From Candidatus Entotheonellaceae bacterium (GTDB lineage Bacteria > Tectomicrobia > Entotheonellia > Entotheonellales > Entotheonellaceae), in NCBI GenBank assembly GCA_965238075.1, contig OZ250173.1:1568001-1632000 (forward strand): a stretch of DNA of 64,000 nt, in the 5' to 3' direction. Positions 1-9,482 of the stretch are shown piece after piece (position 1 is the stretch's first letter; each line of letters begins with the position of its first letter). The position numbers were made by a program, and so were the translations under genes. The notes below the pieces were generated by a model. The model ran no database searches, was not told the origin of the DNA, and saw only the letters and a list, made by a program, of their open reading frames with translations.

Positions 1-427
1 GCACGAACGTCAGCCCGGCAACGCCGCCCCACATCAGCAACAGCCACGCCGCCAAAGCCGCGACCCACGCCTCGGCCAGCCGCAGGCCCCAGGCGTTGCG
101 GTTGCAACTGACGCCGATCATACCCACCAGCAGGACCAGGCCGAGCAGCGGACGCCATTGCTCCGCGTACGGGTAGCGCCCGAACAGGATGAGGCGATAC
201 TTTTCGTGGATCACCGCCCAGCAGGCGCCGCTGGCCGCCTTGCAGACGTCGGGGTCGGCGGCGCCCCAGACGGCGTGCGCCACGCCCCAATCGAACAGCG
301 GCGGCAGCGCCCTGACGAGCAGGAACAGCGCCAGCAGCGTCAGGATCGTATTGGACCAGCTGCTGAACAGGTTGGCCCGCAGCCAGGCAACGGCGCCGAG
401 CCGCGGCGGGGCGGGTGCGGCGGCCAT
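1..427 (-). CDS. aapM: Amino acid ABC transporter permease, AapM/BztC-like (5' part; runs off window)
   Basis: Manual translation from ATG at 427: MAAAPAPPRLGAVAWLRANLFSSWSNTILTL. The WLRxNLFSS...N motif is typical of AapM; lies 2 nt downstream of the aapQ stop. Confidence 0.85.
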   Translation of the reverse strand, partial: MAAAPAPPRLGAVAWLRANLFSSWSNTILTLLALFLLVRALPPLFDWGVAHAVWGAADPDVCKAASGACWAVIHEKYRLILFGRYPYAEQWRPLLGLVLLVGMIGVSCNRNAWGLRLAEAWVAALAAWLLLMWGGVAGLTFV

Positions 428-429
428 GC

Positions 430-1605
430 TCAGCGCTCCACCAGGGCAACGGTGCGGTCGTACACGTTCATCACCACGGAAATGGACAGGCTGATGGTCA
501 GGTAAACGCCCATCATGATCGCGATGCACTCGATGGCCTGGCCGTTCTGGTTCAGTGACGTGTTGGTTATCGCCACCAGATCGGGATAGCCGATGGCCAC
601 GGCCAGGGAGCTGTTCTTCGCCAGGTTGAGGTACTGGTTGGTGGTGGGCGGAATGACGATGCGCAGGGCCTGCGGCAGGATGACCAGGCGCAGGGCAGTG
701 CCGCGGCGCAGCCCCAAGGCAGCGGCCGCCTCGCTCTGGCCGTGCGGCACCGCCTGAATGCCGCCGCGCACGTTTTCGGCAATGAAGGCGGCGGTGTACA
801 GGACCAGCCCCGCCAGCAGCGAGAGAAATTCCGGCGTGATGCTGCTGCCGCCGCGAAAGGTGAAGCGCGTAAAGGCGGGCACGTCCAGCGCCGTCGGGGC
901 GCCGCTGACCAGCCACACCAGCAGCGGCAGGCCGAGGACCAATCCCAGCGATGGCAGAATTAGTTTGGGCACCTGTCCGGTGGCTTCCTGGCGTCGTTTC
1001 GCCCAACCCCGGTAGCCCCACGCCAAGCCGCAGCCAATCACAAGCGCCGCCGCCATGTACGGGTGGCCGGGGTGCGGCACCGGCAACGGGAACATCAGCC
1101 CGCTCTTGCTCAGGTACACCCCCGGCAGCAGCTGCACCGCCTGGCGCACCGAGGGCAGCAGGCCGGTGATCATCGTGTACCAGAAGAAAAGCTGCAAAAG
1201 CAGCGGCACGTTGCGCACCATCTCGACGTACAGCGACGCCAGCCGTACCACCAGCCAGTTACGCGACAGCCGGGCCATGCCCACCAACACGCCAATGAGC
1301 GTGGCGAGCACGATGCCCAACACGGACACCCGCAGCGTGTTCAGGATGCCGACAACGTAGGCGCGTCCGTAGCTACTCGAGGCATCGTAGGGGATGACGC
1401 TCTCGCCGATGCGGAAGCCCGCCTCACGGCTCAGGAACCCGAAGCCGGTGCGGATCGAGCGCTCCTCCAGATTGGCCAGGGTGTTGGAGACGAGGTACGC
1501 CCCGATGGCGATGACAAGCAGCAGCGCAGCGGCCTGGTACAGCACCAGCCGGAAGCGCTGGTTACGCCAGATCGCGGCGGGCGCGGGTGTCGCTGGAGAA
1601 ATCAT
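430..1605 (-). CDS. aapQ: Amino acid ABC transporter permease AapQ/BztB
   Basis: GFGFL..AGF.IGE N-terminus, RNVPLLLQL, EAA motif (GQSEAAAALGL), LNLAKNSSLAVAIGYPDL. Confidence 0.92.
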   Translation of the reverse strand: MISPATPAPAAIWRNQRFRLVLYQAAALLLVIAIGAYLVSNTLANLEERSIRTGFGFLSREAGFRIGESVIPYDASSSYGRAYVVGILNTLRVSVLGIVLATLIGVLVGMARLSRNWLVVRLASLYVEMVRNVPLLLQLFFWYTMITGLLPSVRQAVQLLPGVYLSKSGLMFPLPVPHPGHPYMAAALVIGCGLAWGYRGWAKRRQEATGQVPKLILPSLGLVLGLPLLVWLVSGAPTALDVPAFTRFTFRGGSSITPEFLSLLAGLVLYTAAFIAENVRGGIQAVPHGQSEAAAALGLRRGTALRLVILPQALRIVIPPTTNQYLNLAKNSSLAVAIGYPDLVAITNTSLNQNGQAIECIAIMMGVYLTISLSISVVMNVYDRTVALVER

Positions 1606-1639
1606 CGCGTGCGGTTTCCAGGGCGCGTGCGGAGCGGAT

Positions 1640-2662
1640 TCAGCGCAGCGGCATGGCGTACATCAGGCCGCCCTGCGTCCACAGGCGGTTGGAACCCGTG
1701 CGCGCCAGGCCGATCGGCAGCACGTTGCGGCGGTAGATCTCGCCGTAGTTGCCAACGGCCTGGATCGCCTGCACCGCCCAGGCATTGCCGAGCCCGAGTT
1801 TCGTGCCCATGTCGCCCGAGACACCCAGCAGACGCTTCACCACTGGGTCTTGGCTGTCCATCATGGACGCCACGTTGGCCTGCGTCACGCCCTTCTCTTC
1901 CGCCTCGATCAGCGCGTAGACGAGCCACTTGACGATGGTGAACCAATCGTCGTCACCGCGCCGCACCACTGGGCCCAGGGGCTCCTTGGAGATGGTTTCG
2001 GGCAGGATCACATAGTCGTCGGGGTTCGGCGCATCGACCGCCTGGATGGCGGCGAGGCCGGAGCGGTCGGCGGTGTAGACCTGGCAACGGCCGTTGAAGA
2101 ACGTCGATATGGATTCCTCCAGGCTCTCGAAGACGACGGGCTTGAACTCCATGTTGTTGGCGCGGAAGTAATCGGCCAGGTTGAGCTCCGTCGTGGTGCC
2201 GGCTTGCACGCACACCTCGGCGCCGTCGAGCTCGGTAGCGCTCTGCACGCCGAGGTCGGCGGGCACCATGAAGCCCTGGCCGTCGTAGAACGTCACGCCG
2301 GCGAACATCAGGCCGAGGGAGGCATCACGCGTCAGCGTCCAGGTGGTATTGCGGCTGAGCAGGTCGACCTCGCCCGATTGCAGGGCGGTGAAGCGCTGCT
2401 GGGCGGAAAGGGGCACGAAGGTCACCTTTGCGGCGTCACCGAGCACCGCGGCGGCCAGGCCGCGGCAGAAATCGGCGTCGAGGCCGCTCCAGTTGCCGGC
2501 GCTGTCGGCGATGGCAAAGCCGGCAACGCCGGTGCTGACGCCGCAGCGTACGTCGCCGCGCGCCCTGACGGCATCGAGGGTTTTGCCCGCGTGTGCTGAG
2601 CCGGTCAGCACGGCCACCGTGAAGGCGATGAGCAGACAAGCGTAGAGAGTCCTGTTACGCAT
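1640..2662 (-). CDS. aapJ: General L-amino acid ABC transporter substrate-binding protein
   Basis: Start reassigned to MRNRTLY (signal peptide); RFTALQSGEVDLLSRNTTWT, YDGQGF, ISKEPLGP, VGNYGEI motifs. Confidence 0.93.
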   Translation of the reverse strand: MRNRTLYACLLIAFTVAVLTGSAHAGKTLDAVRARGDVRCGVSTGVAGFAIADSAGNWSGLDADFCRGLAAAVLGDAAKVTFVPLSAQQRFTALQSGEVDLLSRNTTWTLTRDASLGLMFAGVTFYDGQGFMVPADLGVQSATELDGAEVCVQAGTTTELNLADYFRANNMEFKPVVFESLEESISTFFNGRCQVYTADRSGLAAIQAVDAPNPDDYVILPETISKEPLGPVVRRGDDDWFTIVKWLVYALIEAEEKGVTQANVASMMDSQDPVVKRLLGVSGDMGTKLGLGNAWAVQAIQAVGNYGEIYRRNVLPIGLARTGSNRLWTQGGLMYAMPLR

Positions 2663-2763
2663 TGCGATCCTTCCAGTGAATGTTGCTCGAAATGTTCGGA
2701 TGGATAAAGCCGGGCTTCGTGGAGTTCCTTCACTGTGAATAAGGCGGGGTGTGAAGTCAACCG

Positions 2764-4032
2764 CTAAAGTGGTCGGAGCCGATTGCGCCGCGGCGCCGCC
2801 AGCCATAGCCCCAGGCAGCCGAGCGCGCAGATGAGGACGGTGAGCACGAAGGCGCCGTGGTAGCCGCCGTGCTGGTCGTACCAGTAGCCACCGAGCCACA
2901 CGCCGCCAAAACCGCCGACGCCCCAGCCCAGTTCCAGGACGCCCAGGATCGTGCCTAGATGGCGCGCCGGAAACAGGTCCGCAGTGGCCGCCGCCTGTAC
3001 TGAGCCGTGTACGCCGTAGCCGAGTCCGAAGCCGATGGCATAGCCGTAAAGCCACCATAGCGCGGCGGGTGGGTGCAGGCCCGCCAGGCAGCCGATGCCG
3101 GCCATACACAGCACGGTGCCAACGGTGTAAATCGGCTCGCGTCCCAAACGGTCGGACAGGTTACCCCACAGGGTGCTACTGATCGCCCGCAGCAGGCCGG
3201 TGAGGCCGATCACAGAAGCGGCCAGCAAGTCGGCGAAGCCGTTGTCCACCATGTGGGCGAGCTGGTGCACGCTGGTGATGTTCGACAACCAGCCGATGCT
3301 GCATACCGAAACGAACAGGTACCAGAAGCGGGCGGTACGCAGGGTGTCCAGCAGATGCGAGATGCCAAAGAGCGCCGGGGCGGGCGTTGCGGCAAGCGGC
3401 GGGTCTGCGGCGGCGCCCTCGGGATGCAGGCCGATATCCTGCGGGCGATGACGCTGACAGAGTGCGTTCAGTGGGGCCAGAATCAGGATCGTCGCCACGC
3501 CAAGGGCGGTGTAGGTCCAGCGCCAGCCGTGCAGATCGACGAGATACTGCGTCAGCGGCACGATGACCAGAGCCCCCAGGCTGGCGCCGCCGAGGACCAG
3601 GCCAGCGGCGGTGCCGCGGCGCCGTTCGAACCATAGGGAGACCAGTGCCAGATGCGGCGCGAATCCCGCCAGATTGAACCCTTGTGCCGCCAGCAGGCCC
3701 CAGCCGAGGCACAGGTGCCACGCCGTCGTCGCCTGCGCGGTAACGATGAGGCCGGTGCCCATGAACAAGGCGCCAAGCGGAAACAGCCAGCGCGGCCCGT
3801 AGGCGTCGAACAGCCGCCCGGCCAGCCAAGCAGTGACGGCGTAGCTGATCAGGCCGATGGAAAAAGGCAGGGAGGCGGTCGTGCGGCTCCAGCCGAACTC
3901 CGAGACGATGGCGGCGAAAAGCACGCCGGAGGCGAAGTAGATGCCGACGATGATCATCATGGTAAAACTGGCAATGGCGACGATGATCCAGCCGTAGTAG
4001 AAGCGGGACGCGCGTTGCATAGAGGGTTCCAT
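2764..4032 (-). CDS. MFS transporter (OFA-like)
   Basis: About 12 hydrophobic segments; GRLFDAYGPR and GNLSDRLGRE motif-A loops; WFERRRGTAAG. Confidence 0.88.
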   Translation of the reverse strand: MEPSMQRASRFYYGWIIVAIASFTMMIIVGIYFASGVLFAAIVSEFGWSRTTASLPFSIGLISYAVTAWLAGRLFDAYGPRWLFPLGALFMGTGLIVTAQATTAWHLCLGWGLLAAQGFNLAGFAPHLALVSLWFERRRGTAAGLVLGGASLGALVIVPLTQYLVDLHGWRWTYTALGVATILILAPLNALCQRHRPQDIGLHPEGAAADPPLAATPAPALFGISHLLDTLRTARFWYLFVSVCSIGWLSNITSVHQLAHMVDNGFADLLAASVIGLTGLLRAISSTLWGNLSDRLGREPIYTVGTVLCMAGIGCLAGLHPPAALWWLYGYAIGFGLGYGVHGSVQAAATADLFPARHLGTILGVLELGWGVGGFGGVWLGGYWYDQHGGYHGAFVLTVLICALGCLGLWLAAPRRNRLRPL

Positions 4033-4104
4033 CGAATAGAATAGGAAAGGACAACGGGCTACCTAAGGAAGCACGAAATCTACCAAGGTCACGAAGGAAC
4101 AGAT

Positions 4105-5106
4105 ATGGGCGTTGAACGTCGCTACATGGTGTATGGCATCGGCAATGGCATTGTCGACCGGCAGGTTAAGGTGACGGACGATGAGCTGCAAGCCTTGCAA
4201 CTCAGCAAGGGCCGTATGGAACTGACCGACGCGCGGAAGCAGGCGGGCATTCTGGCGCACCTCGGCAACCGGGAAGGCGAACTGCACGCCGGCGGCTCGG
4301 CGGCCAACACGATTGTGGGCATCGCCCAGATGGGCGGCAAGGCGGCGTATGCGTGCTCGCTGGCCGAGGACGATGCCGGGCAGCACTACCGGTCGGAGTT
4401 CGCGCAGTTCGGCATTCACTTGACCGGTACCGACAAGCCGGACGACACCACCGGCCTGTGCCTCGTGCTGGTGACGCCCGACGGCGAGCGCACCATGAAG
4501 ACCTGCCTCGGCGCCTCGGCCCAACTGGGTCCCGACGATGTCGACGAAGCCACCGTAGCGGCGTCTCAGTGGGTGTATCTGGAGGGTTACCTGCTGGCGG
4601 GCGAGGCCACGCGGGCGGCGAGCTTTCACGCCATGGACCTGGCACGGCGGCACGGCACCCGCATCGCCTTTTCGTTCTCCGACCGATTCGTGGTGGAGGC
4701 GTTCGGCGATGACCTGAAGAAGATCGTCTCGACATACGCCGACTTGGTTTTCGCTAACGAATCCGAGACTGAGGCGTATACCGGGGTGAACGATCCGCAG
4801 GCGTCGCTCGCGGCGTTGCTGGACGAGTGCGCCAACGTCTGTGTGACGTGCAGCGAACGCGGTTCCTACGTGCATCTGAACGGCGAACGACACTACGTGC
4901 CGGCGTTGAAAACACAGGCCATCGACATGACCGGTGCCGGCGACATCTACGCCGCCGGCGTCCTGTACGGCATTTCAAGCGGCGGCGCGCCTGAGCGAGC
5001 GGCACGTCTGGGAGCGCGGGTGGCTTACGACGTTGTCCGCCAGATGGGCGCCCGTCTGGAAGGCGACCTCACCGGCATCGCCAACGACATCCTGTCCGGC
5101 TCCTGA
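4105..5106 (+). CDS. PfkB-family carbohydrate/adenosine kinase
   Basis: GIGNGIVD, AGGSAANT, ERTM.T.LGA, FANESE, DMTGAGD signature. Confidence 0.9.
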   Translation: MGVERRYMVYGIGNGIVDRQVKVTDDELQALQLSKGRMELTDARKQAGILAHLGNREGELHAGGSAANTIVGIAQMGGKAAYACSLAEDDAGQHYRSEFAQFGIHLTGTDKPDDTTGLCLVLVTPDGERTMKTCLGASAQLGPDDVDEATVAASQWVYLEGYLLAGEATRAASFHAMDLARRHGTRIAFSFSDRFVVEAFGDDLKKIVSTYADLVFANESETEAYTGVNDPQASLAALLDECANVCVTCSERGSYVHLNGERHYVPALKTQAIDMTGAGDIYAAGVLYGISSGGAPERAARLGARVAYDVVRQMGARLEGDLTGIANDILSGS

Positions 5107-5133
5107 GCCACTCTGCATCCAGTTTGGCAAAAT

Positions 5134-5163
5134 GTCGGATTACGCTTCGCTGATCCGACCTAC
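5134..5163 (-). repeat. GTAG-type REP palindrome (unoccupied copy)
   Basis: gtcggattacgcttcgctgatccgacctac hairpin with GTAG foot on the minus strand. The same repeat at 40430-40659 is split by a MITE. Confidence 0.75.
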
Positions 5164-6281
5164 ACCGGCTTTTCATACAACCGATACCGCTTGTATGCTC
5201 GCGCCCCCAACTCCTCCATCACCCGGATGATCAGCGTGTTGTCCTCCAACACCCACGCCGCCTCGCCGTGCAGCAGGCCGAGCTTCGCCCCCTGCTCCCA
5301 CAACTCCCCGTACAGCAGCAGGTCGATGCCAAGCCGCCGGTGTTTCTTCCGCACGCCGGCGAGGGCGATGCGGACGGTATTGGTGCGGCGCCGGGCGATG
5401 AGGAAGCGCGCCAGGCCCCACGGCGTCAGGTGACCGTTCATGTGCCGGAGACCGCGGTTGAGGTCGGGAATGGCGACCAGACAGCCGACTGCCTTGCCAT
5501 CGATTTCGGCCAGCAGGGTGAGTTCGGGAATGACCGCCAGCTTCAGTTCCTTGGCCATGTGCCGCGCCTCGGCGTCGGTGGTCGGCACGAAGCCCCAGTT
5601 GTCGCTCCAGGCGTCGTTGTACACCTCGGTGATGCGCCGCACGTCGGCGGCAAAGTCCTTCATGTTGGCGTGACGGACGGTAATGTTGCCGCGGCGCTGG
5701 CGGCGGGCGATAGCCTCCCGCACGCGCGGGTCGGGGTCGGGCCAGCGGTGGCGATAGAAGGCCAGCAGGTCCTTACACTTGCTGAACCCGGCGGCCTCGA
5801 TGAAAGCGGCGTAGCACGGCGGATTGTACGCCGAGTGGAAGATGGGCGAGGCACCGAAACCCTCGACCAGCAGGCCCATGTCCAGCTCGTTGCTGGATAG
5901 GTTCACCGGACCGCGCATGAAGGTTGCGCCGCGTTCGCGCACCCATGCAGCGGCGGCGTCGAGCAGAGCGGCGGCGGCGCCTGGGCAATCCGGCATGCAC
6001 TCGAAGAACCCGAAAAATCCCGCTTTTTCGTTGTGGTACTGATCGTGCGCCTCGTTGATCACGGCGGCGACGCGGCCCACCGGACGGCTGCCGTCGTGTG
6101 CCAGGAACAACTGCACCTGGGCGTGTTGGAAAAAGGGATTCTTGCGCGGATTGAGGAACGCCTTGCGATCCATGATGAGCGGCGGCACCCAGAAGTGGTC
6201 GCCGGCGTAGACCTGCCACGGGAATTTGATGAAAGCCTTGGTATCGCCAGGTTGCAGCGGCGTGATGGTGATGGACGGCAT
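5160..6281 (-). CDS. GNAT-fold N-acyltransferase, bacterial ceramide synthase (bCerS)-like
   Basis: FIKFPWQVY..D..WVPPL, GRVAA, GFFGFFEC, GLLVEGF, YNPP.Y, YNDAWSDNWGFVP, WVLEDN, YKRYRLY; directly downstream of spt. Confidence 0.75.
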   Translation of the reverse strand: MPSITITPLQPGDTKAFIKFPWQVYAGDHFWVPPLIMDRKAFLNPRKNPFFQHAQVQLFLAHDGSRPVGRVAAVINEAHDQYHNEKAGFFGFFECMPDCPGAAAALLDAAAAWVRERGATFMRGPVNLSSNELDMGLLVEGFGASPIFHSAYNPPCYAAFIEAAGFSKCKDLLAFYRHRWPDPDPRVREAIARRQRRGNITVRHANMKDFAADVRRITEVYNDAWSDNWGFVPTTDAEARHMAKELKLAVIPELTLLAEIDGKAVGCLVAIPDLNRGLRHMNGHLTPWGLARFLIARRRTNTVRIALAGVRKKHRRLGIDLLLYGELWEQGAKLGLLHGEAAWVLEDNTLIIRVMEELGARAYKRYRLYEKPV

Positions 6282-6319
6282 GAGTCGCCTTCAGCGCATC
6301 AGAACAGTGAGCGGGTGTG

Positions 6320-7504
6320 TCAGGGGATGACGCACAACTCGCGGCCCACGTCGGCGAAGACCTCCAGGACGTGGTCGAGCTGTGGGGGGGTGTGCGTGGC
6401 GATGACGCTGGTGCGCAGCAGCGCGCCGCCCGGCGCCACGGCTTGGCGGACGGCGGCGTTGGTGAACACGCCGCGCTCGAACAGGGCCTTCCAGAAGCGG
6501 AACGTCAGGCCGTCGTCGCCGAGGATGACCGGGATCACCGGCGTGGCGCTCCTGCCGGTGTTGAAGCCGAGGTCTTGCAAGCCGTTTCGCAGGTGGTGGG
6601 TGTTGCGCCATAGCACCTCGCGGCGTTCGGGTTCCTGCTCGATGATGTCGAGGGCGGCGATGACGGCGGCGACGGTGGCCGGGGCCATGCTGGCGCTGAA
6701 CATCAAGGCGCGGGCGTGGTGCTTGACGTAATCGACGACGTCAAAGTCGGCGGCGATGAAGCCGCCCATGGACGCGAACGATTTGCTGAAGGTGCCGACG
6801 CTGATGTCAACGCTCTGTTCAATGCCGAAGTGCTCGCCGGTGCCGCGGCCGTTGTCGCCCAGGACGCCGATGGCGTGCGCGTCGTCCACCACCAGTACGG
6901 CGCCGTACGACTGGCACAGTTTGGCGACTTCCGGCAGGCTGACGATGCTACCCTCCATGCTGAAGACGCCGTCCACCACCACCATGCGGCCGCAATCGGG
7001 GTCGAGCTGGCTGAGAACACGCTCCAGGTCTGACATGTCGTTGTGGCGGAATTTGAGGGTTTTGCCGAAGGACAGGCGGCAGCCGTCGAAAATGCTGGCG
7101 TGGTCCTGGCGGTCGGTAATGACGTAATCGCCCTTGCCGACGAGGGAAGCGATGGTGCCGAGGTTGGTTTGGTAGCCGGTGCTGAACAGCAGGGCGGCCT
7201 CGCGCTGCATGAATTCGGCCAACCGCTCCTCGGCTTCCACGTGGATGGTTAGCGTGCCGTTGAGGTAGCGCGAGCCGGTGCAGCCAGTGCCGTATTGCTT
7301 CACGGCTTTGACGGCTGCTTCTTTGACTTTGGGATGGTTGGTCAGGCCGAGGTAGTTGTTGGAGCCGACCATGATCATTTTCTTGCCATCGACGACGGCT
7401 TCGGCGCCTTGTTCGGATTCGACCACCTTGAAATAAGGATGCCAGCCCATCTTGCGGGCGATCTTGGCTTCCTCAAAGTTGTAGCATTTTTCAAGAAGGT
7501 TCAT
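6320..7504 (-). CDS. spt: Serine palmitoyltransferase (alpha-oxoamine synthase family)
   Basis: HPYF N-terminal motif, GSNNYLGLT, GTGCTGSRYLNGT, DHASI, DGVFSMEG, DDAH, GTFSKS (PLP lysine); resembles Bacteroides/Sphingobacterium-type SPT more than BioF/Kbl. Confidence 0.75.
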   Translation of the reverse strand: MNLLEKCYNFEEAKIARKMGWHPYFKVVESEQGAEAVVDGKKMIMVGSNNYLGLTNHPKVKEAAVKAVKQYGTGCTGSRYLNGTLTIHVEAEERLAEFMQREAALLFSTGYQTNLGTIASLVGKGDYVITDRQDHASIFDGCRLSFGKTLKFRHNDMSDLERVLSQLDPDCGRMVVVDGVFSMEGSIVSLPEVAKLCQSYGAVLVVDDAHAIGVLGDNGRGTGEHFGIEQSVDISVGTFSKSFASMGGFIAADFDVVDYVKHHARALMFSASMAPATVAAVIAALDIIEQEPERREVLWRNTHHLRNGLQDLGFNTGRSATPVIPVILGDDGLTFRFWKALFERGVFTNAAVRQAVAPGGALLRTSVIATHTPPQLDHVLEVFADVGRELCVIP

Positions 7505-7542
7505 GTCTGCTCCATGACAAATCGGTGACCTTGGCGGCGCGT

Positions 7543-7571
7543 ATGATAGGTACTCGGCTTGAGCTTGTCAA
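7543..7571 (-). promoter_or_regulatory. Sigma70-type promoter of the spt operon
   Basis: TTGACA-N17-TATCAT on the minus strand, about 40 nt upstream of the spt ATG. Confidence 0.7.
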
Positions 7572-7591
7572 TTTGCCAAGGTCGGGACCGG

Positions 7592-7619
7592 TTGATGGCG
7601 ATACTGAATGCAGTATCAT
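7592..7619 (+). promoter_or_regulatory. hicAB promoter with palindromic operator
   Basis: TTGATG-N16-TATCAT overlapping the inverted repeat GATACTG-aatg-CAGTATC (7600-7617). Confidence 0.6.
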
Positions 7620-7626
7620 ATCGGCC

Positions 7627-7859
7627 ATGGCAAGAACGGACAGGCTATTGGAGGCCATGCGGGCCAATTCCAAAGCTGATTGGACGCCCCGGAACGTCAG
7701 AACGGTGGCGCGGGTGCACGGCTTAACCGTGCGTCAGCGTGGAACCAGTCATGCCGTGCTCACCAACGCTCTCGGCCAGCATCTCACGGTCCCCATGCAC
7801 AAACCCATCAAGCCGTATACATCAGACGTTTGGTGGCATTGATTGAGGCAGCGCCATGA
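7627..7859 (+). pseudogene. hicA: HicA toxin with C-terminal frameshift
   Basis: MARTDRLLEAMRAN...GTSH...LTVPMHKPIKP. One extra base near 7815 restores VYIRRLVALIEAAP* ending in an ATGA overlap with hicB. Confidence 0.8.
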
Positions 7860-8149
7860 GATTTGAAGATTATCCGATCAACATCCACCCCATCCCCGAC
7901 GACGAAGGGGGTGGTTATCTGGTCACCTTTTCCGATTTGCCGGGATGCGTCGCCGACGGCGAGACCATCGATGAGGCTATGGCCGAAGCCCGAGATGCCT
8001 TTGCGGCCTGGACAATGGCCGAACAGGCAGACACGGGCGCATTGCCCCAGCCAAAGACCTATAGCGGTCAGTTCATCTTGCGCGTTTCCAAAACCCTGCA
8101 CATGCAACTCGCCGCAACCCTCCTTGCTCAAGGTTTAGCCGAGCGCTGA
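7856..8149 (+). CDS. hicB: HicB antitoxin (C-terminal DNA-binding domain appears internally shortened)
   Basis: GGGYLVTFSDLPGCVADGETIDEA..EARDA and YSGQFILRV motifs. Confidence 0.88.
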   Translation: MRFEDYPINIHPIPDDEGGGYLVTFSDLPGCVADGETIDEAMAEARDAFAAWTMAEQADTGALPQPKTYSGQFILRVSKTLHMQLAATLLAQGLAER

Positions 8150-8162
8150 GAAGGCCCGCCGG

Positions 8163-9479
8163 TTACGTTTTCTTTCCGGCCTCGTAGGCGGCCGCCAACA
8201 ACTCGATGGGATGGACGACGGGGGCGTCAAGCCCGGCGAGGCGAGCGCCGGTGCGGAGTTGCATCATGCAGCCGGGGTTGCCGGTGGCGATGACGTCGGG
8301 CTGGGCAGCGGCGAGGTGCTCCATTTTACGTTCGAGGATGCGGCGCGACATGTCCTGGTGGGTGAAGTTGTAGATACCGGCGGCGCCGCAGCAGAAATCG
8401 GCGTCGGTGACGGGCGCCAGCTCCAGGCCGGGGATTTGTTGCAACAGGTCGCGTGGCTGCTGGCGAATGCGCTGGGCGTGCAGCAGGTGGCAGGGATCGT
8501 CGTAGGCCACACGCTTGGGCACGGCACCCAACGGCCCGCGCAGGGGCTCCTGCGCGAGACATTCCGAAACGTCCTGCACGCGCTCGCTGAAGCGGTGGGC
8601 GCGGTCGGCGAACTGGGGATCGTCGGCCAGCAGTTCGGCATAGTTCTTGAGCTGTGCGCCGCAGCCGGCGGCGTTGTTGACGATGACATCAATGTCCTGC
8701 CGCTCGAACACGGCGATGTTGCGCCGGGCCAGCGCCTTGGCCTGCTCGCGGTCGCCGGCGTGCATGTGCAGGGCGCCGCAGCACACCTGGTCGCGCGGGG
8801 TGCGAACGCCGCAGCCGTTAGCTTGCAGGACCCGCATGGTGGCGTTGTGCACGTCGACGAACAGCCCGTCCATGACGCAGCCGGCGAAGAACCCCACGGT
8901 GCGCGTGGCCGGTTCCTGTCCGGGCACAAATTCCGGCACGCTGCGGCTGAAGGGCCGCGGCGGCAGGTCGGGCAGCATGGCCTCCATGTCCTTGAGGCGC
9001 GCCGGCAGCACACTGAACACGCCCACCGCATGCAGCAGCCGTTGCAAGCCGCTGCGCTGATAGAGGCGCAGCAGGCGAAACAGCCCGCGCAGGCGACGGG
9101 GATGCGGGAACAGCCCGCGAAACACCAGCCAGCGCAGCAATCGCCCGGCCAAGGGGCGCGGCGCCTGCCGCTCGATCTGGCCGCGCGCACGTTCCATCAG
9201 GTCGCCAAACTCCACGTGCGACGGGCAGGCCGTCTCGCAGGCGCGGCAATCGAGGCACAGGTACATGTGCTCGATGAAATTCGGCGTCATGCCCAGGCGC
9301 CCCTCGTCCACCGCCTTGATGAGATACACGCGCCCGCGCGGCGAGTCCATTTCCGTGCCCAGCGTGCGGTAGGTGGGGCACTTGTCCAGACAAAGCCCGC
9401 AATGAATGCACGTGCTGATCTTCTCCTGCTGCGGGCGATCCACCTGATCGAAACCGGGTAACGACGCCTTCACGTTCAC
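8163..9479 (-). CDS. glcF: Glycolate oxidase-type Fe-S subunit
   Basis: CIHCGLCLDKCPTY, DSPRGR, CLDCRACETACPS, two CCG domains. Confidence 0.9.
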   Translation of the reverse strand: MNVKASLPGFDQVDRPQQEKISTCIHCGLCLDKCPTYRTLGTEMDSPRGRVYLIKAVDEGRLGMTPNFIEHMYLCLDCRACETACPSHVEFGDLMERARGQIERQAPRPLAGRLLRWLVFRGLFPHPRRLRGLFRLLRLYQRSGLQRLLHAVGVFSVLPARLKDMEAMLPDLPPRPFSRSVPEFVPGQEPATRTVGFFAGCVMDGLFVDVHNATMRVLQANGCGVRTPRDQVCCGALHMHAGDREQAKALARRNIAVFERQDIDVIVNNAAGCGAQLKNYAELLADDPQFADRAHRFSERVQDVSECLAQEPLRGPLGAVPKRVAYDDPCHLLHAQRIRQQPRDLLQQIPGLELAPVTDADFCCGAAGIYNFTHQDMSRRILERKMEHLAAAQPDVIATGNPGCMMQLRTGARLAGLDAPVVHPIELLAAAYEAGKKT

Positions 9480-9482
9480 GTC

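Noticed and set aside
6320-7504. BioF or Kbl assignment
   Set aside because: No bio or tdh genes adjacent; motifs and the GNAT neighbour favour SPT, though not excluded without a phylogeny.
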